Positions 22,124 through 31,001 of a DNA stretch of 40,467 nt are shown here, one piece after another; the stretch's first letter is position 1, and every line of letters begins with the position of its first letter. The notes below the pieces were generated by a model. The model was not told where the DNA came from and made no database searches. It saw only the letters and a list, made by a program, of their open reading frames with translations. Origin of the DNA: a virus. Lineage: Duplodnaviria > Caudoviricetes. The translations under genes were made by a program, and so were the position numbers. The stretch lies in IMG/VR virus record IMGVR_UViG_3300037307_000179, positions 1 to 40,467 of that record, one strand, 5' to 3'.

Positions 22124-22444
22124 ATGGAACGTAATGAATTTTATTCTAGTTTGGCTAGCCTTCCAGCTAGCTACAATTTTACCATTAGGGACAATAATAC
22201 TATTGTTGGAACCACAAACCGTGGACCTGTTCGTGGTGCGGTTTTTAACCCAATCACAGCGGTTGCTTATGTAAAGACTGGAAATTTGTACGGAACAAAC
22301 AAGCGAGAAACACTCAAGGCTGCTCGCGATCTTGGTTTGAACCGTGAGTTTACCAATCATGTTTACGAAGCAACCACGGGCATAAACAACCGTGGAAATA
22401 CTCAAGTAGTTCGTGGAAAGATTCGATCAGCATTGGGAGTTTAA
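22124..22444 (+). CDS. hypothetical protein
   Basis: GAGGAG RBS, 106 aa. Confidence 0.8.
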   Translation: MERNEFYSSLASLPASYNFTIRDNNTIVGTTNRGPVRGAVFNPITAVAYVKTGNLYGTNKRETLKAARDLGLNREFTNHVYEATTGINNRGNTQVVRGKIRSALGV

Positions 22445-22445
22445 T

Positions 22446-22787
22446 ATGAACCAGAATTGTTGGAATGGGGCAGGTAGACTAACAAAGGATGCAGAGTTTA
22501 CTACAACCCAAAAGGGTACGCCAATGAGCAAGTTTAGATTGGCGGTAAATGATCGTCGCAACGACGAAACCCTTTTTGTCAATGTTCTTTGTTTTGGAAA
22601 GATGGCGGAAAATCTTAATCCTTTGCTTGTTAAGGGTCGTCTTGTTTCGATCACCGGCAAGCTAAAGATTGATGAATACGAAGATGAAAGTAAGAATAAG
22701 AAGAATTCTGTCTGCATTATGGCCGACGAAATTTCTCTTGGTCCTGACCCATCAACAATTACTTCAAGGCAAAGTTCTGCCGAATAA
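22446..22787 (+). CDS. ssb: single-stranded DNA-binding protein
   Basis: GRLTKDAE, FRLAVN, FGKMAE, LVKGRLVSITGKL OB-fold motifs. ATG at 22446. Confidence 0.9.
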   Translation: MNQNCWNGAGRLTKDAEFTTTQKGTPMSKFRLAVNDRRNDETLFVNVLCFGKMAENLNPLLVKGRLVSITGKLKIDEYEDESKNKKNSVCIMADEISLGPDPSTITSRQSSAE

Positions 22788-22873
22788 TAATCGACAGACC
22801 AAACAAAGTGGTGGACCTTCTTTAAATATTTGCGTTACAACTCAAGGAAAGAGAAAACGCCGTCCACTAAACA

Positions 22874-22910
22874 GCCTCGTCAGGCGGGATGCTTGACGAG
22901 GTTTTTTTTT
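22874..22910 (+). terminator. intrinsic terminator
   Basis: GCCTCGTCAGGC/GCTTGACGAGGT plus T run. Confidence 0.85.
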
Positions 22911-22929
22911 AAATTTTACGAAACACCGC

Positions 22930-22957
22930 TTGACAATTGGTCGATACATGATACAAT
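22930..22957 (+). promoter_or_regulatory. sigma70-type promoter
   Basis: TTGACA-16nt-TACAAT. Confidence 0.6.
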
Positions 22958-22992
22958 AGGCTGTCGTCGAACAAAAAGTGTGGTTATTTGCT

Positions 22993-23412
22993 ATGAGAAA
23001 TCCAGAAACAGTTTATTTGCTTGTAAAATTGTTTGGTGTCATCGTTGGTGTGTTTTGGTTTCTGTGTTTTTGTAACGGGTTGATGAACAACAATGTAAAA
23101 CCCTTAAAAATTCCAGAACGATTTGATATTGGTTACATTGATGCACCAAAGCAGAATGTTACAATCATTAAAAACAAACCAAGAACAAAACAAAAGACTG
23201 TAAAGAAAAAGCAAAAACAGAAAAAGAAAAAAGAAGAAATAATCACAAAGCAAGTAGACACCAATTTACTGAACGACTGTGTTGGTGCCCTGATTAGCCT
23301 TGGTACCAGACGTAGCGAAGCACAGCGTGCAACAATAGATTTTCTATCAAAGAATCCTAACGTCACAAACGTTGAACAATTTTTAAGAGATATTTTTAAG
23401 AGAAATGTTTAA
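22993..23412 (+). CDS. membrane-anchored protein with Lys-rich linker and RuvA-C-terminal-like helical domain
   Basis: N-terminal TM segment, DCVGALISLGTRRSEAQRA pattern. Confidence 0.6.
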   Translation: MRNPETVYLLVKLFGVIVGVFWFLCFCNGLMNNNVKPLKIPERFDIGYIDAPKQNVTIIKNKPRTKQKTVKKKQKQKKKKEEIITKQVDTNLLNDCVGALISLGTRRSEAQRATIDFLSKNPNVTNVEQFLRDIFKRNV

Positions 23413-23929
23413 TATTCCAGATCTAGGAAGTTCTCAAATTACTTGGGACAATTTTTTTATTGGAATGTGTCTCTATGTGTCACAAAAGTCTAAAGATAAA
23501 AGCACCAAACTTGGTGCTGTTATAGTTAATGACGACTATGATATTTTGGCTATCGGCTGGAATGGATTCCCGCGAGGCATAGATGATACAAATGAAGAAT
23601 TTCATCAGCGACCAGAAAAGTATTATATCACAGAACACGCTGAACGCAACGCAATAATCAATGCTGGTAGGGTTGGCAGACCATTGAAGGGTGGCACTTT
23701 GTACATCCCATTTCAACCAACCCCGTGTGCCGATTGCACAAGAGCGGCCATTCAGGCTGGTATAACTAAAATAGTTGGAACAGATTTCAAATTTACTGGC
23801 AAAGGAAAGCATTGGGATGAAAATCTTGAGTTTGCCAATAGAATGTTGAATGAAGCTGGAATTATTCAACGTATTGTGTCTGTACCACCAGAACTAGATA
23901 TTCGCAAATTTTACGGAGCAGAAAAATGA
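23405..23929 (+). CDS. dCMP deaminase
   Basis: SKDKSTKLGAVIV, GWNGFPRG, HAERNAI, PCADC. Confidence 0.93.
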   Translation: MFNIPDLGSSQITWDNFFIGMCLYVSQKSKDKSTKLGAVIVNDDYDILAIGWNGFPRGIDDTNEEFHQRPEKYYITEHAERNAIINAGRVGRPLKGGTLYIPFQPTPCADCTRAAIQAGITKIVGTDFKFTGKGKHWDENLEFANRMLNEAGIIQRIVSVPPELDIRKFYGAEK

Positions 23930-25011
23930 AAATCAATCTTACCGCACCTATCAATCAATTAGGATATGGCGTTGCCGGATTAAACATTTTAAAAGCGTTA
24001 TGGGAAGAAGGTGTTGAAGTATCATTATTTCCCATTGGTGGTAGACAAAACATTCAGGTTACGACTCAGGATGACGCAACCTTAGTTCATCGCTCTATTC
24101 GTCTAGCTGACAACGCATTTGATCGTAACGCCCCATCTGTTCGTCTTTGGCATCAGAATGATCTGGCACAACACGTTGGGCGGGGGCCTCATATTGGCTT
24201 CCCAATCTTTGAACTAGACACTTTTACACAACAAGAGAAGCATCATCTATCTTCTTGTGACAAACTGTTCGTATGCTCACATTGGGCCAAAAAAGTCATT
24301 GTTGATCAAGTTGAGAAGATCAAGGGTGGTACGGCCTGGGCAGAAGCCTATACACACGTTGTGCCTCTTGGAGTAGATGATAAAATTTTTAAACCCACCA
24401 ATCCTATAAAAAAAGACAATGTGATATTTTTTAATTGTGGCAAGTGGGAAATCCGTAAGGGTCATGATATTCTCATAAAAGCGTTTAAAGAGGCGTATTC
24501 TCACAACAATAATATAAGACTGTGGATGATGTGTAGCAATCCGTTTAACACACCAGAAGAAGAACGACAGTGGCAACTATTATATAATCACCCTGGTGTA
24601 AAAATTATTCCAAGGGCTAATACACAACAAGAAGTGTATGATATTATGGCTCAAGTAGATTGTGGTGTATTCCCGTCGCGTGCAGAGGGGTGGAATCTCG
24701 AACTTCTTGAAATAATGTCAGTTGGAAGAAGCACAATTGCCACCAATTATTCTGCCCATACTGAGTTTTGTAACGATAGAAATTGTCACCTTATTGAAAT
24801 AAAAGAAAAGGAATTGGCCTATGATAATAAGTGGTTCTTTGGACAGGGAAGGTGGGCGAATATAGATGAAAATACTATATCAAATTTATCTTTTGCTATA
24901 CAAAATTTTGCGAACACCTACAAACATTCTATCAACGAAGCCTCTGTTGAAACAGCAAGACGGTTTAGTTGGAGAAATACAGCAAGATCAATCATTAACA
25001 ACGTCGCTTGA
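23926..25011 (+). CDS. glycosyltransferase family 4 (GT-B)
   Basis: GKWEIRKGHDILIKAF, VFPSRAEGWNLELLE, IATNYSAH, FSW. Confidence 0.9.
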   Translation: MKINLTAPINQLGYGVAGLNILKALWEEGVEVSLFPIGGRQNIQVTTQDDATLVHRSIRLADNAFDRNAPSVRLWHQNDLAQHVGRGPHIGFPIFELDTFTQQEKHHLSSCDKLFVCSHWAKKVIVDQVEKIKGGTAWAEAYTHVVPLGVDDKIFKPTNPIKKDNVIFFNCGKWEIRKGHDILIKAFKEAYSHNNNIRLWMMCSNPFNTPEEERQWQLLYNHPGVKIIPRANTQQEVYDIMAQVDCGVFPSRAEGWNLELLEIMSVGRSTIATNYSAHTEFCNDRNCHLIEIKEKELAYDNKWFFGQGRWANIDENTISNLSFAIQNFANTYKHSINEASVETARRFSWRNTARSIINNVA

Positions 25012-25348
25012 AACCCCATTAAAACAGGTGGCTAGTATTTCTTATAGCATAGATGCAAACGGTGAAATTTCAATTGATGTTCAAATAGAAGATTATAGTT
25101 TGGATACAATAGAAAAATTTTCACTATTGTTTGCTTCAATTCCGTCTAAACAGTTTCAATTGCAAGCAATGGACATTTTAAGGACAGCGTTTCACAACGA
25201 TGAAAGATACGAAGAGTTCGTACAATTTGCGGGGTGGGTAGTCGTAAAAACAACGCTTATGAACAATGAATTTAAAAATAATTTGAACAAAGGACAAAAA
25301 AATGGAAAATCAGATGAACCAATAATTAAACCTACTGACCTTTTATAA
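24866..25348 (+). CDS. hypothetical protein (true start probably later, e.g. GTG at 25028)
   Basis: ORF fills the gap 25012-25348, the listed start overlaps the GT gene. Confidence 0.6.
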   Translation: MKILYQIYLLLYKILRTPTNILSTKPLLKQQDGLVGEIQQDQSLTTSLETPLKQVASISYSIDANGEISIDVQIEDYSLDTIEKFSLLFASIPSKQFQLQAMDILRTAFHNDERYEEFVQFAGWVVVKTTLMNNEFKNNLNKGQKNGKSDEPIIKPTDLL

Positions 25349-25358
25349 GGGGGCTAGT

Positions 25359-25814
25359 ATGAATTTTAAAAAAAAGATAGGTTGGCAAAAATATGAAGAT
25401 TTGCTACAAAACCAATTGGAGTCACCCTTCTTAGACAGCCTTTATAATAAAATAAGCGGCAATATAGATGACGAAGAAGATGATGATGATGGGTTTAATC
25501 CATATAAAGATGGGGTTGAAAATTTAAAGGGGCACTTTATCATTCCAATCAACGAAAGAATGATGGAGAATATTTCTTTAACAACCAATTTCGATTGCTG
25601 GGTTGGTCATACAAATTTTAACATAACAGAAGAAGTAAGAGACAAACTAAGCGATATGGACGGTGTAGAAATTTTAAAAATTTGTAGTAGATATAGATTT
25701 TTTGTTGGTATTGGACGAATGTTTGACTTCTCAGAAGTCAGGAAAAACATTGAAAAGATTATAGCTGAACAAGGAGAAAAAATTGAACAAGAAAATCGAG
25801 AAGTATCTGAATGA
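25359..25814 (+). CDS. hypothetical protein
   Basis: 151 aa, AAGGGGG RBS. Confidence 0.8.
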   Translation: MNFKKKIGWQKYEDLLQNQLESPFLDSLYNKISGNIDDEEDDDDGFNPYKDGVENLKGHFIIPINERMMENISLTTNFDCWVGHTNFNITEEVRDKLSDMDGVEILKICSRYRFFVGIGRMFDFSEVRKNIEKIIAEQGEKIEQENREVSE

Positions 25815-26256
25815 TTCTGATGTAATGCGAGTTGCTTATGGTGCTGCATCCTCATTCTCTCACAGTCTTTCAAAGGATGAAATTCAAAGTTGTATTTTAA
25901 ACGCTCTATGGAGAGCGACAAACAAGTACAATAAAAGAAATAAAACTAAATTTACATCATATCTTCACCAGGGTGTAGTGTACGAATGTTTAAGTCAAAA
26001 GAAGTTTAACAAATCCAAACGGTCTCAGGTGCTGCATGAAAATATACAGGATTTTTACGACCCAACAATAGCGGTCGATATGCTAGATACTATAAACACC
26101 AAGTGTGAAGATCCTTCATTGGTAATTGATAGGTTCTATAACAATATGACAATTGGTGAATTGGCTAAAGCAAGGGGTGTTTGTGGTGAAACAATCAGAA
26201 TCAGACTCAAAAAAAATCTAGAAAAATTAAGATTGTCACTAACAAAAAGTGTATAA
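25783..26256 (+). CDS. phage sigma70/ECF-like RNA polymerase sigma factor
   Basis: Region-2-like ALWRATNKY...KFTSYL and region-4 HTH RFYNNMTIGELAKARGVCGETIRIRLKK. TTG start with AAGGAG. Confidence 0.8.
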   Translation: MNKKIEKYLNDSDVMRVAYGAASSFSHSLSKDEIQSCILNALWRATNKYNKRNKTKFTSYLHQGVVYECLSQKKFNKSKRSQVLHENIQDFYDPTIAVDMLDTINTKCEDPSLVIDRFYNNMTIGELAKARGVCGETIRIRLKKNLEKLRLSLTKSV

Positions 26257-26333
26257 TATCTTAGGAACTGGAACTACAAAAGGACATGTGGACAATTTAT
26301 TTTTTTTCATTATTTTCCTAGAGGAGAATTTAC

Positions 26334-27002
26334 ATGCCCACTGTAGCTCCAACGGGTGCTGGCAATCAACCTGCCGCACCCAAACAAGATGGTGGAACCG
26401 TTGTACACGGCGGAGGTTTGTCGAGTGAAAGCCCAATGACAAAAAATCTTGCCATATCTGAACTGGCAGACGATTTTGGTCAATCTTATGGGTCAAAAGT
26501 TATTGCTCAGGTTGGTACCGGCTCTCAATACACTGATAGGGTTGGTGTTTCTGGTGCTGTTGCTAGAGCAATTGTTGATGGTACGACAGAATTGGGTTAT
26601 AACGCTAACGCAACTGAATGGGTTGTCAAGGGTGGTAATGTAACACGAACACTTGCTGGAAACGCTTATACTGGCTTGATTGGTGGTGCTGCCGGACCCA
26701 ACCCAACACGCGACCACGTTAACGAAATTGAAAGCACAAGACTTTACGGTAATGTTGATGTTGACGTACTTGCTGCACCGGCTTCTGGCATCAATTCGTT
26801 TGTAACAAAGAGTTCTGGCCCAGGTGGTGCTGGTGGCACTTTGACCAACTTTATTGATCCGGCTGTTGCTGGTGGAGCAACCGCTTCTAACGATTCTGCT
26901 GGAAACGCTACTCGTGCGGTGCCAGGAGAATTGACATATATGTTTGGTGGAAAACTACCAAAATTAGACAGTTACAAGGCTCGTGACTCTGCTGAATCCT
27001 AA
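26334..27002 (+). CDS. Gly/Ala/Thr-rich protein, probable virion structural protein
   Basis: GAGGAG RBS, composition typical of virion proteins. Confidence 0.65.
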   Translation: MPTVAPTGAGNQPAAPKQDGGTVVHGGGLSSESPMTKNLAISELADDFGQSYGSKVIAQVGTGSQYTDRVGVSGAVARAIVDGTTELGYNANATEWVVKGGNVTRTLAGNAYTGLIGGAAGPNPTRDHVNEIESTRLYGNVDVDVLAAPASGINSFVTKSSGPGGAGGTLTNFIDPAVAGGATASNDSAGNATRAVPGELTYMFGGKLPKLDSYKARDSAES

Positions 27003-27028
27003 ACTTTTTATGTAAAGGGTTTTGCAGT

Positions 27029-27610
27029 ATGCGAATAACCATTGAAGAAGCAGTAGCCTTGGTATCCTTTTTGGGTGCCATTGGCTCTGCTGTTCTTTTC
27101 TTGTGGCGTATATTTAGTGCTATAACAAGAGCAGAACTTAAACAACAAGAGTTGCAAGATTCTATCGAAACTATTAAAAAAGAAGTAACCCGCAACGGTG
27201 GGGGGTCTATCAAGGATTTGGTATTGAAACTTGACAAGACCTGTGAGAGAATGGAAATACGCCAAAGGATTATTGACCAACGATCCAAGGCTGCACTACA
27301 CTATCAAGAACGCTGCTTGTTTGAAACAGACAAACGAGGAAACATGGTGTGGGCAAATGACCGCTTTTATCAAAATACAATAGATTATGGAGATATAAGT
27401 GGTGGCCTGGATTGGGTCGCGGTTGTTCACGAAGAGCAAAGGGAAGAATTTCTCATAGAGTTCAATTCATGCATCAAGATGGGGAGGAGAATTGATATTG
27501 AAACCGTGTCGGTGGATAGTAGGAAACTTCATTTTATTGGATACCCCTATCGTGTTGGTAGGGGTAATCACGAAGGATTTCTTATACACATGCAGATACG
27601 GGAGAATTAA
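27029..27610 (+). CDS. TM + coiled-coil + PAS-like domain protein
   Basis: N-terminal TM, NGGGSIKD, FETDKRGNMVWAN...GLDWVAVVHEEQRE (PAS pattern). Confidence 0.75.
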   Translation: MRITIEEAVALVSFLGAIGSAVLFLWRIFSAITRAELKQQELQDSIETIKKEVTRNGGGSIKDLVLKLDKTCERMEIRQRIIDQRSKAALHYQERCLFETDKRGNMVWANDRFYQNTIDYGDISGGLDWVAVVHEEQREEFLIEFNSCIKMGRRIDIETVSVDSRKLHFIGYPYRVGRGNHEGFLIHMQIREN

Positions 27611-27612
27611 AA

Positions 27613-27837
27613 ATGGGTTCAAAGAGATTCACACTTAATTTGGCCGACTTTGTTGGTCTAGCTAGAGACGCCGTGTGGGTTGGTGCTGCTGCGGCAATCA
27701 CATACGTCATTCAACACCTTGGTACACTTGATTTTGGGGACATGGGTGCTTTTGTTGTGCCCCTGATTGCAATTGGTCTAGACGCCGTTGTAAAGTGGCT
27801 GAAAGACGGAACAAAAGAAGTAGAAACCAAGGAGTAA
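27613..27837 (+). CDS. small 2-TM membrane protein, holin-like
   Basis: Two hydrophobic helices, charged C-terminus, GGAG RBS. Confidence 0.6.
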   Translation: MGSKRFTLNLADFVGLARDAVWVGAAAAITYVIQHLGTLDFGDMGAFVVPLIAIGLDAVVKWLKDGTKEVETKE

Positions 27838-27843
27838 AACACC

Positions 27844-28770
27844 ATGCTGGAGTTTAAAACGCCTCGCGATTTGCTCAACGCTTATAGCAACGGTTTTCAG
27901 GGTAGCATATGCGATCCAGAAGAAACCGCTGAGCTACTTGCTAAGTTAAAAACTCCTTTATTTGGTGCAACAGCATATAAACTTCATGGATCTGGGGAGG
28001 GAAAACTTTCTCTCCCCTTTCTTTCTTTATTGAAGTTTGATTCTACGTTTGGTCCTTCTGAAAGACAAACAACGGGTGATTGTGTTTCTCATTCTACGAG
28101 AAATGCTATAGATTTGACTCGTGCTGTTGAAATTGATATAAAGGGAGAATTAGAATCTTTTGAAGCACGTAGTGCTACAGAGGGTATATATCAGTCAAGA
28201 CCTTGGGCTGGTGAAGGAATGACCTGCTCTGGTGCCGCAAAATATGTCCACGAACAAGGTGGTATTTTATTACGTAAAAATTATGGGGCAGTAGATCTAT
28301 CTGTATATAATTCTAGCCTTGGCTCACAAAAACGCATACCACGATCAATTTGGATTGATGAAGCAAAAAAACATCAAGTCAAAACGATCAGTATGATTAC
28401 AACGATTGAGGAAGCCAGAGACGCAATTGCTAATGGTTATTCTGTTTCGGTGTGCTCTATGTTTGGTTTTTCTTCTAGAAGAGACGCCAAGGGTATTGCA
28501 AAAAGGTCTGGCGAATGGGCACACGCTATGGCTTGGATAGCCTGTGACGACACCCGTGAAAGATACAACGAAACATTGTTCCTGGTTCAAAATAGTTGGG
28601 GCATTTGGAACAATGGACCAAAGGTTTATGGACAACCAGATGGAAGTTTTTGGATTCGTGAGCATGATGCTAGAGGTATGCTAGCAAGTCAAGGCTCTTG
28701 GGTGTTCAGCAATGTAGACGGTTTTCCTGCAAGGGATTTACCAGACTATGGTACAGCTTCCTATCTGTGA
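27844..28770 (+). CDS. papain-like (C1) cysteine peptidase
   Basis: Q-TTGDCVSH (catalytic Cys), WAHAM (His), QNSWG (Asn). Confidence 0.85.
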   Translation: MLEFKTPRDLLNAYSNGFQGSICDPEETAELLAKLKTPLFGATAYKLHGSGEGKLSLPFLSLLKFDSTFGPSERQTTGDCVSHSTRNAIDLTRAVEIDIKGELESFEARSATEGIYQSRPWAGEGMTCSGAAKYVHEQGGILLRKNYGAVDLSVYNSSLGSQKRIPRSIWIDEAKKHQVKTISMITTIEEARDAIANGYSVSVCSMFGFSSRRDAKGIAKRSGEWAHAMAWIACDDTRERYNETLFLVQNSWGIWNNGPKVYGQPDGSFWIREHDARGMLASQGSWVFSNVDGFPARDLPDYGTASYL

Positions 28771-28777
28771 GGTTAAT

Positions 28778-29560
28778 ATGTTTCGTAAATCAATGGTATT
28801 AATGTTTGTTTTTTTTGCTGGAACAGTTTTTGCACAAGAAAACTTCCGTCCGTATATAGCAGTACACTTGGCTAAAGCTATCATGATGGGCGAAGGGGTT
28901 TTACCAGACAATGATGTAAAAAAACTTTGTGATGGATCTGGTTGGATTGCTCATGGAGACGGCCATAGAACACGCTGTCCTGGTTGTTCAGCTTGTGAAA
29001 AAAATGGAACACAGGCTAAAGAATGCTCGTGTGGTTGCGGCGAAGTTGATTGTGATTGTGCAAACGGATCTTGTAAAAAGCAAGAAATCGCACAAGAAAA
29101 ACCAAAAGAACAATCACCAATTTTGGTTGTTATTGTAAAACAGTATCAATTACCAGCTAATAATCCAACCGCACCAGAACCAAAAGTAGAACAACAGACA
29201 GAACCTGTTGTAGATCCTGTATTATTGGAACCAGAAGGATCAAAAACACCAGAACCGTCAGACATTATTGTATATCACTTTGGTGCTGAGTGGTGCAATC
29301 CGTGTAGAAAAATGAAAAGTGAAACATGGAGCAATGAAGATCTAAAAAATTTTATGAAAGATAGGGGTATACAGATCAATTATTTTGATTACGACACTCC
29401 AGAACACAGAAAATACTTTTCATATTATGGAATAAAATCTTTTCCTACGGTTTTGTTTGTTGATCGCAACGATCTTAATAATCCGAAAGAAATACTTTCT
29501 GGATTTACTGATTCAGCTTCAATGTTATCTAATCTTAAAGAAGAATTAAATGAACAATAA
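28778..29560 (+). CDS. secreted thioredoxin-domain protein with Cys-rich N-terminus
   Basis: Signal peptide, CDGSGW..GDGH..CPGC and C-rich cluster, FGAEWCNPCRKMK, IKSFPT. Confidence 0.85.
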   Translation: MFRKSMVLMFVFFAGTVFAQENFRPYIAVHLAKAIMMGEGVLPDNDVKKLCDGSGWIAHGDGHRTRCPGCSACEKNGTQAKECSCGCGEVDCDCANGSCKKQEIAQEKPKEQSPILVVIVKQYQLPANNPTAPEPKVEQQTEPVVDPVLLEPEGSKTPEPSDIIVYHFGAEWCNPCRKMKSETWSNEDLKNFMKDRGIQINYFDYDTPEHRKYFSYYGIKSFPTVLFVDRNDLNNPKEILSGFTDSASMLSNLKEELNEQ

Positions 29561-29900
29561 CTCTCTGAAAGAAATTGCTAACAGGGTTGGGGTTTATGCG
29601 AATGCAGAGAACGAAAAATTTACAATTGACCCTTTTACCATACTAGCAATCATCAATATGATATTGACACTCATTCGTATAATCTATGAGTGTAGAAACA
29701 ATAGAGATTCTGCAAAAAAAATTATCAAGTCACCCGGACCTATATCAAAGTTTTTTTTACGCAGACAAGTAAACAGGAATTTTTCAGGAGAAGAACGAAA
29801 AGCCGTGTACAACGCAATGTTAACGGTTTCTGGTCAATTATCAGATATAGAAATTGACAACCTATTGGACCTTTTTGATGAATTGGAGGAAAATAAATGA
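29550..29900 (+). CDS. hypothetical membrane-associated protein
   Basis: IDPFTILAIINMILTLI hydrophobic segment, coupled to the upstream gene. Confidence 0.7.
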   Translation: MNNNSLKEIANRVGVYANAENEKFTIDPFTILAIINMILTLIRIIYECRNNRDSAKKIIKSPGPISKFFLRRQVNRNFSGEERKAVYNAMLTVSGQLSDIEIDNLLDLFDELEENK

Positions 29901-30163
29901 GCACATTTCAACTTGTAATGTTGGGCTTGGGAGTGCTTCTTGGGGTTGGTGCATTTTGGGATACCATCAAGTCTTGGAAGTCAAAACAATCCGTCGATGT
30001 GGAAAATCACAAACACGACTCAGACAAAGACTCTTTGTGTGATGTTATTATTTGTTGGGAGAATCTTAATAAAGAATTAAAAAGCAGGGGCTTGAAAAAG
30101 GCTTCTGATGAGCTACAAAAGATTTTTCCGCTTCTAGTAGTAAAAGATTCGGAGCTTAAATAA
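29897..30163 (+). CDS. hypothetical membrane protein
   Basis: N-terminal TM, GGAGGA RBS. Confidence 0.75.
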   Translation: MSTFQLVMLGLGVLLGVGAFWDTIKSWKSKQSVDVENHKHDSDKDSLCDVIICWENLNKELKSRGLKKASDELQKIFPLLVVKDSELK

Positions 30164-30639
30164 TGAATAAAAATGTTCAATTTTTGTTGGCTATAGTTCT
30201 TGTGGTGGCTGGTTTGTTTGGAAAACAAGCGTTAGAACTTTTAAATAGTGTTGACGTTGTTCTTCCAAATCCAGTTCCGGTTGTTGTTGTGGATGAACCA
30301 ACCGATACGTATAAAAACATGGTGAAGGATATTGTTAGTATCGACATAAAAAAAGATCACGCAAAACTTATTTCTGATTTCTTCTTGGAAGTTGCGTCTG
30401 TTATTGAAGATGATCCTGGCTTCCTAAAAACAACTGAGCAGTTTCGTAATTTTAATACCATGGCTGGACAATTGAACTTTTCTGGAACAGATATGAAGGG
30501 TCTATATCCAAACCTTGGACAAAAAATAGACGATGCATTTATGATGGCTGTTGGTAAAGAGAATTCTAAATTAGAGGGCGAAAAAAGAGCGGGTCTTGTG
30601 TCTGTTCTTAAGGCTATAGCCTGGGGTGTAAATCAATGA
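30163..30639 (+). CDS. hypothetical membrane-anchored protein
   Basis: N-terminal TM, Pro/Val linker, TAATG overlap. Confidence 0.75.
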   Translation: MNKNVQFLLAIVLVVAGLFGKQALELLNSVDVVLPNPVPVVVVDEPTDTYKNMVKDIVSIDIKKDHAKLISDFFLEVASVIEDDPGFLKTTEQFRNFNTMAGQLNFSGTDMKGLYPNLGQKIDDAFMMAVGKENSKLEGEKRAGLVSVLKAIAWGVNQ

Positions 30640-30818
30640 TCAACCGAATAATTGATGCCATAATTAAGCACTATGGGATCAAGGAAGATCAGGTTGAAAA
30701 AATAAAATCTATCATTGATATGGTTGAATTCAAAGAAGAAAACGACCAGAAGTTTCTTTTTATTCGTCTTGGTGATGGTGTTGAGTTAAAAATAAAACAA
30801 GACGTTAAGGAAGATTGA
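30636..30818 (+). CDS. hypothetical protein
   Basis: ATGA overlap, 60 aa. Confidence 0.65.
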   Translation: MINRIIDAIIKHYGIKEDQVEKIKSIIDMVEFKEENDQKFLFIRLGDGVELKIKQDVKED

Positions 30819-30863
30819 ATTATGTTTAAGCACGGCGGTTTAAAATAAATAAAGTTTAAATTT

Positions 30864-30904
30864 AAAGTCCTTTCGTTACATTTGTACGCGAGAGGACTTT
30901 TTTT
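30864..30904 (+). terminator. intrinsic terminator
   Basis: AAAGTCCTTTCG/CGAGAGGACTTT plus T run. Confidence 0.8.
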
Positions 30905-30915
30905 ATACTTTTAGG

Positions 30916-30944
30916 TTGACATTAAGGTGTTTTTAGGATATTAT
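30916..30944 (+). promoter_or_regulatory. sigma70-type promoter upstream of nrdA
   Basis: TTGACA-17nt-TATTAT. Confidence 0.7.
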
Positions 30945-31001
30945 ATGGTATCTGTTTAGTGCAGTTAAAGATAAGGAGTGTTATTCTATGAGGGAAGTTA
31001 G

